Assembly: GCA_044870155.1 (NCBI GenBank)
Contig: JBIOYN010000289.1
Span: 1 to 52,004 of the forward strand
Length of the DNA: 52,004 nt
DNA from: Acidimicrobiia bacterium
Lineage (GTDB): Bacteria > Actinomycetota > Acidimicrobiia > IMCC26256 > BP-133
Direction: 5' to 3'
Shown one piece after another: positions 18,343-27,442 of the stretch. The translations under genes were made by a program, and so were the position numbers. The notes below the pieces were generated by a model that saw nothing but the letters and a program-made list of their open reading frames with translations, was not told the DNA's origin and ran no database searches. Within the stretch, counting starts at the first letter, position 1. Each line of letters starts with the position of its first letter.

Positions 18343-18742
18343 GATAGGCCTCCGTGAGCCACCCCCGGATGTCGTCGTCGACGTCAGCGGGGCTCCGGAG
18401 GTCGGCCACGTGGAAGTAGCGGCCGTGGTGGTACCGCACCTTCCGGGTGATCGTCCGGTGGCGCACCGGGCGGGGCAGCCCGAACCACAGCGCCACCCAC
18501 TGCTGCATGGGCCGCAGCTCGGCGAACGTCCGGGACCGCTTGAGGAAGATCCCCACCGAGACCGGCTCGACGTGGATCGGCCCGACCGTCTCGAGGTGGC
18601 GGAGCACGGCCTCGAAGACGGGGCGCTCATGCGCCGGCCCGGTGGAGAAGTACTCCTCCAGCGACAGGGCGGGGGCGCACTCGTGCCCTTGTCGCTTTCG
18701 TCCGAATTGCCGCCCGCACTCCGGGCAGGTCCATGCCGGCAC
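18326..18742 (-). CDS. DUF5655-like protein with N-terminal Cys-pair (zinc-ribbon-like)
   Basis: 138 aa with CPECGRQF...HEC at the N-terminus. Coding-like GC3. The 3' end overlaps the convergent GGDEF-EAL gene by 17 nt. Confidence 0.55.
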   Translation of the reverse strand: MPAWTCPECGRQFGRKRQGHECAPALSLEEYFSTGPAHERPVFEAVLRHLETVGPIHVEPVSVGIFLKRSRTFAELRPMQQWVALWFGLPRPVRHRTITRKVRYHHGRYFHVADLRSPADVDDDIRGWLTEAYLSSPP

Positions 18743-18792
18743 GGCGGAAATCGTGCCTCACCAGACGGGACCGGGCCCTAGATTTGCCCGTC

Positions 18793-19308
18793 GTGACCAT
18801 CCTCGAAGGGGCGCTGGTGCGGCTGCGCCCGGCGACTACGGACGACATCCCCGAACTGGTCCGGATCCGGACCCAACCCGAGGTCTACCGGCACTGGCGG
18901 GGTGGCGACGACCTGGTGGCGGCGGTGGAGGACGACTGCGCCGAGCCCGACGTGAGGAAGTACGTGATCGAGTTCGAGGACCGGGTGGTGGGCTGGATCC
19001 AGTGGGAGGCAGAGGAGGAACCCGACTACCGCCACGCCAGCATGGACCTCTACGTGGACGCCGCCGTGCACGGCCGCGGGGTGGGGACCGACGCCGTGCG
19101 CACCGTGGCCCGGCACCTGATCACCGACCATGGCCATCACCGGTTGACCATCGATCCCGCCGCCCACAACGCCCCCGCCATCCGGGCCTACAGCAAGGTC
19201 GGCTTCCGCCCCGTCGGGATCACCCGGCGCTCGGAGCGGGGGCCCGACGGCACCTGGCACGACGGCCTCCTCATGGACCTCCTCGCCGAGGAGCTCATCG
19301 ACGACTGA
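18793..19308 (+). CDS. GNAT family N-acetyltransferase
   Basis: Acetyl-CoA motif region VHGRGVGTDAVRTVARHL ... NAPAIRAYSKVGFRPVG. I chose GTG at 18793 because the listed start at 18733 overlaps the divergent gene. Confidence 0.8.
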   Translation: MTILEGALVRLRPATTDDIPELVRIRTQPEVYRHWRGGDDLVAAVEDDCAEPDVRKYVIEFEDRVVGWIQWEAEEEPDYRHASMDLYVDAAVHGRGVGTDAVRTVARHLITDHGHHRLTIDPAAHNAPAIRAYSKVGFRPVGITRRSERGPDGTWHDGLLMDLLAEELIDD

Positions 19309-19326
19309 CCAACGATTGGAGACGCC

Positions 19327-21012
19327 ATGACCCCGACCGCCCTGCACTTCCAGGAGGTGTCGGCCCCCACGCCCGATCTCGAGGCCCTGGCCGGCCGCAT
19401 CGGCGCGCTCCGGGCCGACCTGGCCGGCGCCGGAACGGTGGACGACTGCCTGGCCGCCGTCCGCGCCTGGGACGGGGTGCGCCGGGAGGTGGACACCTAC
19501 AGCGCGCTCGTCCACCTGCGCTTCAGCCAGGACACCAGCGACGCCGGGGCCAAGGCCGCCCGCCAGGCGTGGGACGAGGCCGAGCCCCGCTGGACCGAGC
19601 TCGAGGTGGCCATGAAGCAGGCGCTGCTCGACCACCCGCTGCGCCCGCAGCTGGAGGAGGCCCTGGGCGCCCAGGCCTTCGCCCTGTGGCGCTCCGACGT
19701 GCTCGCCTTCGACCCCGCCATCAAGGCCGACCTGGCCAAGGAGTCGGAGCTGGGCGCCGAGTACGTCGAGCTCCTGGCCGCCGCCGAGCTGTCCTTCGGT
19801 GGCGAGACGCTCAACCTGTCGTCCATCCAGAAGCACCGCCAGAGCGGCGACCGCGACGTCCGCCACGGCGCCGAGGTCGTCCACTGGGACTGGTTCGCGG
19901 CCAACGGTGAGGCGCTCGACCGGATCTTCGACGACCTGGTGCGGCTGCGGACGGCGATGGCCCGCCAGCTCGGCTTCGACGACTTCACCGCCCTCGGCTA
20001 CCAGCGCATGTGCCGGGTCGACTACGACCGGGGCGACGTCGAGCGGCTGCGGGCAGCCGTCCGGGAGCACGTGGTGCCCCTGGCCACCGAGATCCGCCGG
20101 CGCCAGGCCACGGTGCTGGGCGTCGAGCGGCTCATGGCCTGGGACGAGGAGGTCCACGACCCCAAGGGCAACCCCGCCCCCCTGGGCGACCACGACTGGA
20201 TGCTGGCCCGGGCCACGGAGATGTTCGACGCCATGGGCGACCTCGGGCCCTTCTTCCGTCTGATGAACGGCGGCGGCTTCCTCGACCTCGCCGACCGCAA
20301 GGGAAAGGCCGGCGGCGGGTTCTGCACCAGCTTCCCCACCCACGGCATGCCCTTCGTGTACGCCAACTTCAACGGCACCAAGGGCGACGTGGAGGTCTTC
20401 ACCCACGAGATGGGCCACGCCTTTCAGGCCTACCTGAGCCGGGCGCTGCCGCTCACCGACTACCTGTGGCCCACGTACGAGTCGGCCGAGGTCCACTCCA
20501 TGAGCCTCGAGTTCCTGACCTGGCCCCACATGGAGCGCTTCTTTGGTGACGACGCCGAGCGCTTCCGCCGCCTGCACCTGGCCGGGGCCATCGTCTTCCT
20601 CCCCTACGGGACGGCCGTCGACCACTTCCAGCACGAGATCTACGCCCGGCCCGACCTCACCCCCGCCGAGCGCCATGACGTGTGGCGGGAGATGGAGCGC
20701 ATGTACCTGCCGTGGCGGGACTGGGGCGACCTCGCCCATCCGGCCAAGGGCGGGCGCTGGCAACAGCAGCGCCACATCTACCTCCGGCCCTTCTATTACA
20801 TCGACTACGTGCTGGCCCAGACGTGCGCCCTGCAGTTCTGGGTCCGGGCCGAAGCCGACCGCGACGCCGCCATGCGCGACTACGTCGCCCTGTGCCAGCG
20901 GGGCGGGGCGGCGCCGTTCCAGGCCCTCGTCCGCTCGGCCGGCCTGACCACCCCCTTCGACGACAACTGCCTGGCCGAAGTCGTCGGCCAAGCCCGCGCC
21001 GCCCTCAGCTGA
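19327..21012 (+). CDS. M3 family oligoendopeptidase (PepF-like)
   Basis: HEMGHAF zinc motif with a downstream Glu. 561 aa. GGAG lies upstream of the ATG. Confidence 0.9.
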   Translation: MTPTALHFQEVSAPTPDLEALAGRIGALRADLAGAGTVDDCLAAVRAWDGVRREVDTYSALVHLRFSQDTSDAGAKAARQAWDEAEPRWTELEVAMKQALLDHPLRPQLEEALGAQAFALWRSDVLAFDPAIKADLAKESELGAEYVELLAAAELSFGGETLNLSSIQKHRQSGDRDVRHGAEVVHWDWFAANGEALDRIFDDLVRLRTAMARQLGFDDFTALGYQRMCRVDYDRGDVERLRAAVREHVVPLATEIRRRQATVLGVERLMAWDEEVHDPKGNPAPLGDHDWMLARATEMFDAMGDLGPFFRLMNGGGFLDLADRKGKAGGGFCTSFPTHGMPFVYANFNGTKGDVEVFTHEMGHAFQAYLSRALPLTDYLWPTYESAEVHSMSLEFLTWPHMERFFGDDAERFRRLHLAGAIVFLPYGTAVDHFQHEIYARPDLTPAERHDVWREMERMYLPWRDWGDLAHPAKGGRWQQQRHIYLRPFYYIDYVLAQTCALQFWVRAEADRDAAMRDYVALCQRGGAAPFQALVRSAGLTTPFDDNCLAEVVGQARAALS

Positions 21013-21054
21013 CCCCTCCCGTCGCCCCGGACCCGGGGCCCTCCCTTCCCCGAT

Positions 21055-21095
21055 TTGGTGACGGATTTTTTCGCACGCTGAGAATTTCTGTCACC
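21055..21095. promoter_or_regulatory. inverted repeat TGGTGACGGA-N21-TCTGTCACCA in an AT-richer spacer upstream of ccr
   Basis: Read directly: arms at 21055-21064 and 21086-21095 match in 9 of 10 positions. It lies about 100 nt upstream of the ccr start in a 179-nt intergenic region. Confidence 0.3.
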
Positions 21096-21191
21096 AGAAC
21101 GGTGCGGTGGCCCAATCCGGCGCCTCCCCCGGGTTTGCGGCTCGGCGGCCGATGGGGGTAGGCCATCGCCCAGTCGACCACCCGAGAGGAC

Positions 21192-22469
21192 GTGGCGCCC
21201 ATGACAGATCGTCGGTCCGTGGTCAACACCGACGCCGACCCCACCCCCATCGGTTCCCTCCCGCCGGTGGGTGAGGTCCCCGGGAAGATGCACGCCCAGG
21301 TGGTGCGCCAGGACCGTTACGGCGAACCGGCCGGGGCCTTCCAGGTCGAAGTGGTCGACACGCCGCCCATCGGGCCCGACGAGGTCCTCATCGCCGTGAT
21401 GGCGGCGGGCATCAACTACAACAACGTGTGGGCCGCCCGCGGCTATCCGGTCGACCAGGTCGCCGTGCGCCAGAAGCAGGGTGAGACCGAGGACTTCCAC
21501 GTAGGCGGCAGTGACCTGTCGGGCATCGTCTACGCCGTGGGCGAAGACGTGGCCGGCATCGGCATCGGCGACGAGGTCGTGGTCCACCATGGCTGGTGGT
21601 CGCCCGACGACCCCTGGGTGCAGGGGGGCAAGGACCCCATGCTGGCGCCCTCGGCCCGCATCTGGGGCTACGACACCAACTACGGCTCGTTCGGCCAGTT
21701 CAGCCGAGCCCAGGCCCACCAGGTCCTGCCCCGGGCCGGCGGGCTCACCTGGGAGGAGGCGGCCGCCCCCACCCTGGTGGGCACCACCGCCTACCGGATG
21801 CTGCACGGCTGGGGTCCCAACGTGGTCCAGCCCGACGACGTGGTGCTGGTGTGGGGCGGCTCCGGCGGCCTGGGGTCGCAGGCCATCCAGCTCGCCCGCC
21901 ACGCCGGCGCCCAGGCCGTGGCCGTCGCCTCCGACGAGGAGCGGGGCCAGTACGCCCAGAAGCTGGGGGCGGTGGGCTGGATCAACCGGCGGGGCTACAG
22001 CCACTGGGGCATTCCCCCCCGGGTGGACGACGCCGCCGGCCAGAAGGAGTGGAGCGCCGGCGCCCGCGCCTTCGGCAAGAAGCTGTCCGAGATCCTGGGC
22101 GTTCGCCGGGACCCGGCCATCGTGTTCGAGCACCCCGGCCAGGACACCATCCCCACTTCCATCTTCCTGTGTGCCACGGGCGGGATGGTCGTCATCTGCG
22201 CCGGCACCACCGGTTACGACGCCGTCGTCGACCTGCGCTACCACTGGACCCGCCAGAAGCGCCTGCAGGGCTCCCACGGGACCAATGACGAACAGGCCCG
22301 GGCCTACAACGACCTGGTGTGCCGGGGCGAGATCGACCCCTGTCTGGGCAAGGTGCGGCCCTTCACCGAGATCCCCGACGCCCACGAGGCCATGGCCCGG
22401 GGCGAGGAGGTGTTCGGCAACACCGTCTGCCTGGTGGGCGCCGCCGAACCCGGCACCGGCCGCCGGTAG
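21192..22469 (+). CDS. ccr: crotonyl-CoA carboxylase/reductase
   Basis: MDR-superfamily protein with Ccr-typical stretches (AAGINYNNVWAARG, RIWGYDTNYGSFGQF, VLVWGGSGGLGSQAIQLA, RYHWTRQKRLQGSH). Start is GTG at 21192 or ATG at 21201. Confidence 0.85.
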   Translation: MAPMTDRRSVVNTDADPTPIGSLPPVGEVPGKMHAQVVRQDRYGEPAGAFQVEVVDTPPIGPDEVLIAVMAAGINYNNVWAARGYPVDQVAVRQKQGETEDFHVGGSDLSGIVYAVGEDVAGIGIGDEVVVHHGWWSPDDPWVQGGKDPMLAPSARIWGYDTNYGSFGQFSRAQAHQVLPRAGGLTWEEAAAPTLVGTTAYRMLHGWGPNVVQPDDVVLVWGGSGGLGSQAIQLARHAGAQAVAVASDEERGQYAQKLGAVGWINRRGYSHWGIPPRVDDAAGQKEWSAGARAFGKKLSEILGVRRDPAIVFEHPGQDTIPTSIFLCATGGMVVICAGTTGYDAVVDLRYHWTRQKRLQGSHGTNDEQARAYNDLVCRGEIDPCLGKVRPFTEIPDAHEAMARGEEVFGNTVCLVGAAEPGTGRR

Positions 22470-22556
22470 GACCAGCGGGAACAAAGCAGCAGGTAAAAGC
22501 AGAAAAATCCGGAGCAAAGCCGCGCCTTCGGCGCCGGAATCACGTACCTTCGATAC

Positions 22557-24083
22557 ATGGAACCGGAGCTGGGGCCGCCGACTCTGCCCACTCCGCCGGC
22601 GCGACGTCGCGGACCGCGCCGGGCCCTCGTCGGGGGCCTGGCCGTCCTCTCTCTGGCCACCGGCGCGCTGGTCAGCGTGGCCCCGTGGCAGCAGGAGCGG
22701 CCGGCCCGGATCGCCGCCGTGGCCAAGCCGGTGGCGCCTGCCACCACGGCGACGTCCGCCCCCCCGACCACCACCGCGCCCCCGGTCGTGGAGGTGGTCG
22801 AATCCACGACGACGACGACGACGGCCGCCTCGACCCCGACCACGGCCGCCGCCCCACCCGCGACCGTCCCCAAGGTCGTCCCCGCCGCGGGCATGACCTT
22901 CCCCCAGCGACTGGAGCTGGCCCTGGGGGGCACCCCTGGCTGCCTGGTGGTCGAGCAGGACGGAGCGGTGATCTACGAGCGCAGCCCGGCCACGCCCTTC
23001 GTGCCCGCCTCCAGCCAGAAGCTCATGGTCGGCATCGCCGTGCTCTCCCGCCTGGGGCCGGACTACCGCTTCGAGACCAAGGTGGTGGCGCCGGCCAAGC
23101 CGGGCGAGGACGGGCGGCTGGACGGTGCCTGGCTGGTGGGTGGCGGCGACCCGTACCTGGCCACCCCCGACTACATCGCCTACGCCGCCTCCAAGCCCCG
23201 CCTCGTCACCCTGCCCCTCACCCCGCTCACCGCACTGGCCGATGACCTGGTGGCCGCCGGGGTGCGCGACGTCCCCGGTGGCCTCTACGCCGACGAGTCC
23301 CGCCACGACACCCAGCGGTCCGTCCCGACGTGGAAGCCGTCCTACGTCCAGGAGGCCGAGGTGGGCTCACTCGGCGCCCTCACGGTCAACGAGGGCTTCT
23401 CCTCCTGGGGCCCGTCCCAGGCGGTGGCCCCCGACCCGGCGGCCAGCGCCACCAACGCCCTCACCGCCCTCCTCCAGGAGCGGGGGGTGGCCTCGGCGCC
23501 GCCGGGGGCGGCACCCGACGGCAGCCGGACGGCTCCCGCCGGCGGGGTGGTCATCGCCTCGGTGCGCTCGGCGCCGCTGGCCACCATCGTGGGCGCCATG
23601 CTGCGCAGCAGCGACAACTACGCCGCCGAGATGCTTCTCCGCGAGCTCGACCACGCAACCGGCGGGGCGGGATCCACGGCCGGTGGCGCCGCCCGGGTGG
23701 TGGACGAGATGGGCCGGGCCGGGGTGAACACCGAGAGCGTCCACCTCAACGACGGCTCGGGCCTCGACCTCGGCAACCGCTCCACGTGCCGGGCCCTGCT
23801 GGGCGCGCTGATGCTGTCGTCCCGTCCCGAGCTCTCCGCCGTGGCCGATGGCCTGGCCGTGGCCGGGCGTAGCGGCACGCTCATCAAGCGCTTCCTGGGC
23901 ACCGCCGCCGAAGGACGCCTGGCAGCCAAGACCGGCTGGCTCAACGGCGCCGCCGCCCTCGTCGGGCGCCTCGACGGCACCCCGGCCCGCCGCTTCGCCC
24001 TGGTGATCAACGGCAACTTCAACTGGGCCACCGCCAGCGCCCTCGAGAACCGAGTGGTCGAGGTCCTGGCCATCGTGCCCTGA
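22557..24083 (+). CDS. D-alanyl-D-alanine carboxypeptidase/endopeptidase (PBP4, S13 family)
   Basis: SxxK (SSQK), SxN (SDN) and KTG (AAKTGW) motifs in the correct order. N-terminal TM anchor and a Thr/Pro-rich linker. Confidence 0.85.
   Translation: MEPELGPPTLPTPPARRRGPRRALVGGLAVLSLATGALVSVAPWQQERPARIAAVAKPVAPATTATSAPPTTTAPPVVEVVESTTTTTTAASTPTTAAAPPATVPKVVPAAGMTFPQRLELALGGTPGCLVVEQDGAVIYERSPATPFVPASSQKLMVGIAVLSRLGPDYRFETKVVAPAKPGEDGRLDGAWLVGGGDPYLATPDYIAYAASKPRLVTLPLTPLTALADDLVAAGVRDVPGGLYADESRHDTQRSVPTWKPSYVQEAEVGSLGALTVNEGFSSWGPSQAVAPDPAASATNALTALLQERGVASAPPGAAPDGSRTAPAGGVVIASVRSAPLATIVGAMLRSSDNYAAEMLLRELDHATGGAGSTAGGAARVVDEMGRAGVNTESVHLNDGSGLDLGNRSTCRALLGALMLSSRPELSAVADGLAVAGRSGTLIKRFLGTAAEGRLAAKTGWLNGAAALVGRLDGTPARRFALVINGNFNWATASALENRVVEVLAIVP
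22806..22823 (+). repeat. (ACG)6 trinucleotide repeat encoding Thr6 in the PBP4 linker
   Basis: Read directly: acgacgacgacgacgacg. Confidence 0.9.
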
Positions 24084-24234
24084 CGGGGAGTATCCGCGGC
24101 CAACGAACGGCTACCACCTACCCTCGCATTGCGTCATTTGCCCCGGAAGCGATTTGCCCGGAGCCGCAGGCGTCAGGTGGCTCCGCCGTCGAAAGAAGTG
24201 TGCGAAGGGACCGCTCCCCCACCGGGAGGAATAC

Positions 24235-25608
24235 GTGACCACGACCTTGCCGCACCACCCCGAGCAGCGGGAGGGGGGTGTAGCGACGACCGTGGTGCTC
24301 GACACGTGCGTGCTCCTCGCCGACCCCGATTCCCTCTACGCCTTCGGGGACGCCGACATCGTCTTGCCCCTCACCGTCATCGAGGAGCTCGACGGGCACA
24401 AGAGCCGCCTCGACGACGTCGGCCGGGCGGCCCGGGCCGTGGTCCGGGATCTGGAGCGGCTGCGGGTGGAGGGCGGGGGCGACTTCCGGGAGCCCGTGGC
24501 CCTGCCCACCGGGGGCACGGTGCGGGTGGAGATCAACGGCCTGCTCATCGACCGGGTGGCGGCTATCGGCCTCGACCCCACGTCAGGCGACAACCGCATC
24601 CTGGCCGCCGCCCTCGGGTTGGCGGAGGAGGGCACGGCCCCGGTCAAGGTGGTGTCGGCGGACGCCGCCCTGCGCATCAAGGCCTCCCAGCTCGGCCTCA
24701 CGGCCGAGGACTATCACCGCACCCGTCGGGGCCAGGACGCCCTTGGCGTGCGGGGTTGGCACCGGGTGGAGGCGGAGCGCGCCCTCATCGACGCCCTCTA
24801 CACCGACGGGGTGGCGCCCGTCCCCAACGCCTTCGACGGCATCGTCACCAACGAGTACGTCGTGCTCGTCGCCGGGTCGTCCTCCGCCCTGGCCCGCGTC
24901 TTCCGGGGCTCACTGCACCTGGTGGAGCGGCGCCGTCAGATCTGGGGGCTCAACGCCCGCTCCAAGGAGCAGATCTTCGCCCTCGACCTGCTCATGGATC
25001 CCGACGTGGCCGTCGTCGCCCTGTCGGGCCTGGCGGGCACGGGCAAGACGATCCTGGCCCTGGCCGCCGGCCTCGACCAGGTCATGGAGCCCGGCCCCGA
25101 CCGCCGGCCCCGCTACGACCAGCTCGCCATCTACCGCCCGGTGGTGGCCCACGGCAAGGCCGACCTCGGCTTCCTTCCCGGAGGCCTGGAGGAGAAGCTC
25201 TCTCCGTGGATGGCGGCCATCCTCGACAACGTGACCGCCCTCACCGAGCACCGCTCCTACGCCGACGCCCGCCGGGTGGTCGACGAGATGATCGCCCAGG
25301 GCCGCCTGTCGCTCGAGGCCGTCACCTTCCTGCGGGGGCGGTCCCTCCAGAACCAGTTCATCATCGTCGACGAGGCCCAGAACCTCGAGGTGCCCACCCT
25401 CAAGACGCTCCTCACCCGGGTGGCGGAAGGCACCAAGATCGTCTTCACCGGCGACCTGGCCCAGATCGACACGCCCTACGTGTCGGCCCACAACAACGCC
25501 CTCGCCGTGCTCATGGAGGCCTTCGCCGGCCAGGAGTGCTTCGGGGCCGTGACCCTGACCAAGGGCGAGCGCTCCCGGGTCGCCGACCTGGCCGCCGACC
25601 TACTCTGA
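24235..25608 (+). CDS. PhoH2: PIN-domain RNase fused to PhoH-like ATPase
   Basis: PIN acidic residues (VVLDTCVLL, TVIEELD, GDNRILAAAL, VSADAAL). Walker A GLAGTGKT and Walker B IIVDEAQN. I chose GTG at 24235 because GGGAGGA lies 5-6 nt upstream. Confidence 0.85.
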   Translation: MTTTLPHHPEQREGGVATTVVLDTCVLLADPDSLYAFGDADIVLPLTVIEELDGHKSRLDDVGRAARAVVRDLERLRVEGGGDFREPVALPTGGTVRVEINGLLIDRVAAIGLDPTSGDNRILAAALGLAEEGTAPVKVVSADAALRIKASQLGLTAEDYHRTRRGQDALGVRGWHRVEAERALIDALYTDGVAPVPNAFDGIVTNEYVVLVAGSSSALARVFRGSLHLVERRRQIWGLNARSKEQIFALDLLMDPDVAVVALSGLAGTGKTILALAAGLDQVMEPGPDRRPRYDQLAIYRPVVAHGKADLGFLPGGLEEKLSPWMAAILDNVTALTEHRSYADARRVVDEMIAQGRLSLEAVTFLRGRSLQNQFIIVDEAQNLEVPTLKTLLTRVAEGTKIVFTGDLAQIDTPYVSAHNNALAVLMEAFAGQECFGAVTLTKGERSRVADLAADLL

Positions 25609-26121
25609 GGTTCCGACCTCCAGCACCCGCTCGACGTCGAGGGCGGTGGTGAACACATCGAGCACCGGGCAGTGGGCGTCGACGGAGCGGCGCAGCTCCT
25701 CGTAGCGCTCCGGCGTTTCGGGCCCCTCGATGATGACGGTGCAGCGCAGCCCGGTCGGCCCCGCCGGGACGCCCTCCTCGAAACCCAGGAGCCCGCGCTG
25801 GTCGAGGTCGGCCTCCACCTTGACAGTGATGGCGTCGAAGGGAATGCCCGTGAACTCGGACCAGTAGCGGTAGCTGATGGCCTGGCACGACGCCAGCGAG
25901 GAGAGCACCAGCTGGACCGGGTTGGGGCCCGTCCCCGTCCCACCCACGGACGGCGGCTCGTCCACGATCAGGGCGTGGCGCCCGGCCTGGACGGCGACCG
26001 CCATCCCCTCCTCCAGACGACCCTCGGTCCGGAGGCGGACCACCGCTCGGGCCGGGTCCTTCTCCACCACGGTGCGGACGGCATCGACGGCGTCAAGAAT
26101 CGACATGGCCCGACCGTACAC
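25600..26121 (-). CDS. OsmC/Ohr family protein
   Basis: PNPVQLVLSSLASC ... VDAHCPV, the two conserved Cys of the OsmC fold. The start may be the second ATG at 26106. The 3' end overlaps phoH2 by 9 nt (convergent). Confidence 0.8.
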   Translation of the reverse strand: MYGRAMSILDAVDAVRTVVEKDPARAVVRLRTEGRLEEGMAVAVQAGRHALIVDEPPSVGGTGTGPNPVQLVLSSLASCQAISYRYWSEFTGIPFDAITVKVEADLDQRGLLGFEEGVPAGPTGLRCTVIIEGPETPERYEELRRSVDAHCPVLDVFTTALDVERVLEVGTSE

Positions 26122-26129
26122 TCGACGCT

Positions 26130-26375
26130 ATGGATCAGGCGGCCCAGATCGCAGGGGCGATGCTCATCCTGGGCGCCTTCGTGGCCGGCCAGGCGCACCG
26201 GCTGTCCACCGACTCCGTCCCCTTCCTGGCCATGAACACGGTGGGCGCCGGCATCCTCACCGTGGTGGCCGCCGCCGACCGCGACGCCGGCTTCCTCCTT
26301 CTCGAGGGGGTGTGGACCCTGGTGTCGGCCCGGGGCCTCGTCCGAGCCGTGTGGCGACCGGTCCGACCCGGGTAA
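26130..26375 (+). CDS. small two/three-helix membrane protein (CBU_0592-like)
   Basis: 81 aa, hydrophobic, high GC3. The pattern NTVGAGILTVV ... LLLEGVWTLVS resembles that small-membrane-protein family (from memory). Confidence 0.55.
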   Translation: MDQAAQIAGAMLILGAFVAGQAHRLSTDSVPFLAMNTVGAGILTVVAAADRDAGFLLLEGVWTLVSARGLVRAVWRPVRPG

Positions 26376-26525
26376 CTTGGCACGCGATGACGTTTTCGCT
26401 CTGGCAGCAAAGATTCGGCCGGAGTGGAGAGGCCGGCCCGAGCTAGGGTCCACTAAGTCAGCGGATTTGGTGGACAAGCAGCCCACACCGACAAGTGAGG
26501 CGCCAGAGTTCGAAGGGGGGGTCCC

Positions 26526-26813
26526 ATGGTCGCCATGAATCGGTCCGGTTCGGTGCAGGATGTGAGCGGAGACCTCGAGCGGGTTGGTTCCTTCCTGGGC
26601 CACCTGGCCGCCCAGCAGGCCCAGATCCTGGAGCGAATCGACCGCCTGGTGGCGCTGAACGAGCAGATGTGGGACCACCACCTCGCCTTCTGCGGGCATC
26701 TCATCGAGTCGGTCACCCAGACCGAGGTGCAGATCCTCGACGCCCAGTCCGAGCTCGTGCGCCAGCTCGAGGCCCTGCGGGGTGGGCCGGGCCCGCCGAC
26801 GGCCGAGGCCTGA
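26526..26813 (+). CDS. hypothetical 95-aa coiled-coil protein
   Basis: ATG with a purine-rich GAAGGGGGGG upstream. High GC3 and heptad-like Leu/Gln pattern. No recognisable family. Confidence 0.45.
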   Translation: MVAMNRSGSVQDVSGDLERVGSFLGHLAAQQAQILERIDRLVALNEQMWDHHLAFCGHLIESVTQTEVQILDAQSELVRQLEALRGGPGPPTAEA

Positions 26814-27200
26814 CTAGCGGCTGCGCCGGCCGGCGTCGAGCTCGATCAGGCTGGCGTACATCGTCAGCATCAGCTCCTTGTGGGCTCGGCTGAGCGTCTC
26901 GTTCTCCTCGATGGCCTTGACGATGTCACATCGGTGCTCCTGCTCCTCCGGGGCCCGGTACTGGAGGATGCCCGCCAGCGTGCCCGGTGACAGCTCGAAG
27001 ATGCGCTCCAGCTCGAACACCCGGTCCGGGCTGGGCATGGACTTCCCGCTGGCCCATGCGCTCACCGCGCTCTGGGTGGTCCCCAGCCGCTCGGCCAGCG
27101 AGGCCTGACTGAGGCCCCACAGCTTCAAGTGGCGGCGCAGCGCGGCACCGAACCGCTGCCGCTTTTCGGCCGTTCTCCCCGTGCCGGCCACTCCCTCCAC
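26814..27200 (-). CDS. XRE-family helix-turn-helix transcriptional regulator
   Basis: HTH LSQASLAERLGTTQSAVSAWASGKSMP. 128 aa. Its stop codon abuts the stop of the convergent 95-aa ORF. Confidence 0.75.
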   Translation of the reverse strand: MEGVAGTGRTAEKRQRFGAALRRHLKLWGLSQASLAERLGTTQSAVSAWASGKSMPSPDRVFELERIFELSPGTLAGILQYRAPEEQEHRCDIVKAIEENETLSRAHKELMLTMYASLIELDAGRRSR

Positions 27201-27442
27201 CCCCCGGAGGCGCTCCCTGCCAGTCCGACGGACCGACGGCGGATCCTGCTCCTTCCCGGCTGGGGAATCCAGTCCGCCGCCTGGGCTTCCGTGTCACTTT
27301 CAATCAATGGGACTTTTGAACATATCAGCACGACTGATCGTGGTCACGCGCGGAAGGGATCAGAAGGCCAACCCAACATTCGGTGAACTGCCCTCTGCCC
27401 CTGGAGTAGCGTGACAACGATCGCATCATCGCCGGAGGAGAT

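Noticed and set aside
12406-18630. 950-aa (12406..15258) and 912-aa (15892..18630) minus-strand ORFs
   Set aside because: They are antisense to the motif-rich GGDEF/EAL and BtuF-like genes. Their translations are dominated by G, R, P, A, D and E with no recognisable domains.
18778-23306. 737-aa (18778..20991) and 808-aa (20880..23306) minus-strand ORFs
   Set aside because: They are antisense to the GNAT, M3 peptidase, ccr and PBP4 genes, all of which carry diagnostic motifs on the plus strand.
24136-24164. Tandem imperfect repeat ATTTGCCCCGGAAGC / ATTTGCCCGGAGC upstream of phoH2
   Set aside because: The repeat is short and imperfect, and the 10-mer it shares with position 18781 is expected by chance in 52 kb. 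It does not support a feature call.
26506-26514. GAGTTCGAA, resembling a tRNA T-loop, in the low-GC patch (possible tRNA or att remnant)
   Set aside because: There are no complementary T-stem, acceptor or anticodon arms around it. No integrase gene or flanking direct repeat is present. I treated it as a chance match.
26376-27442. Possible prophage or genomic-island remnant or toxin-antitoxin pair (XRE + small ORF)
   Set aside because: No integrase, recombinase, phage structural genes or recognisable toxin fold are present. The genes are convergent, not co-oriented as in typical TA operons. I kept only a low-interest note.
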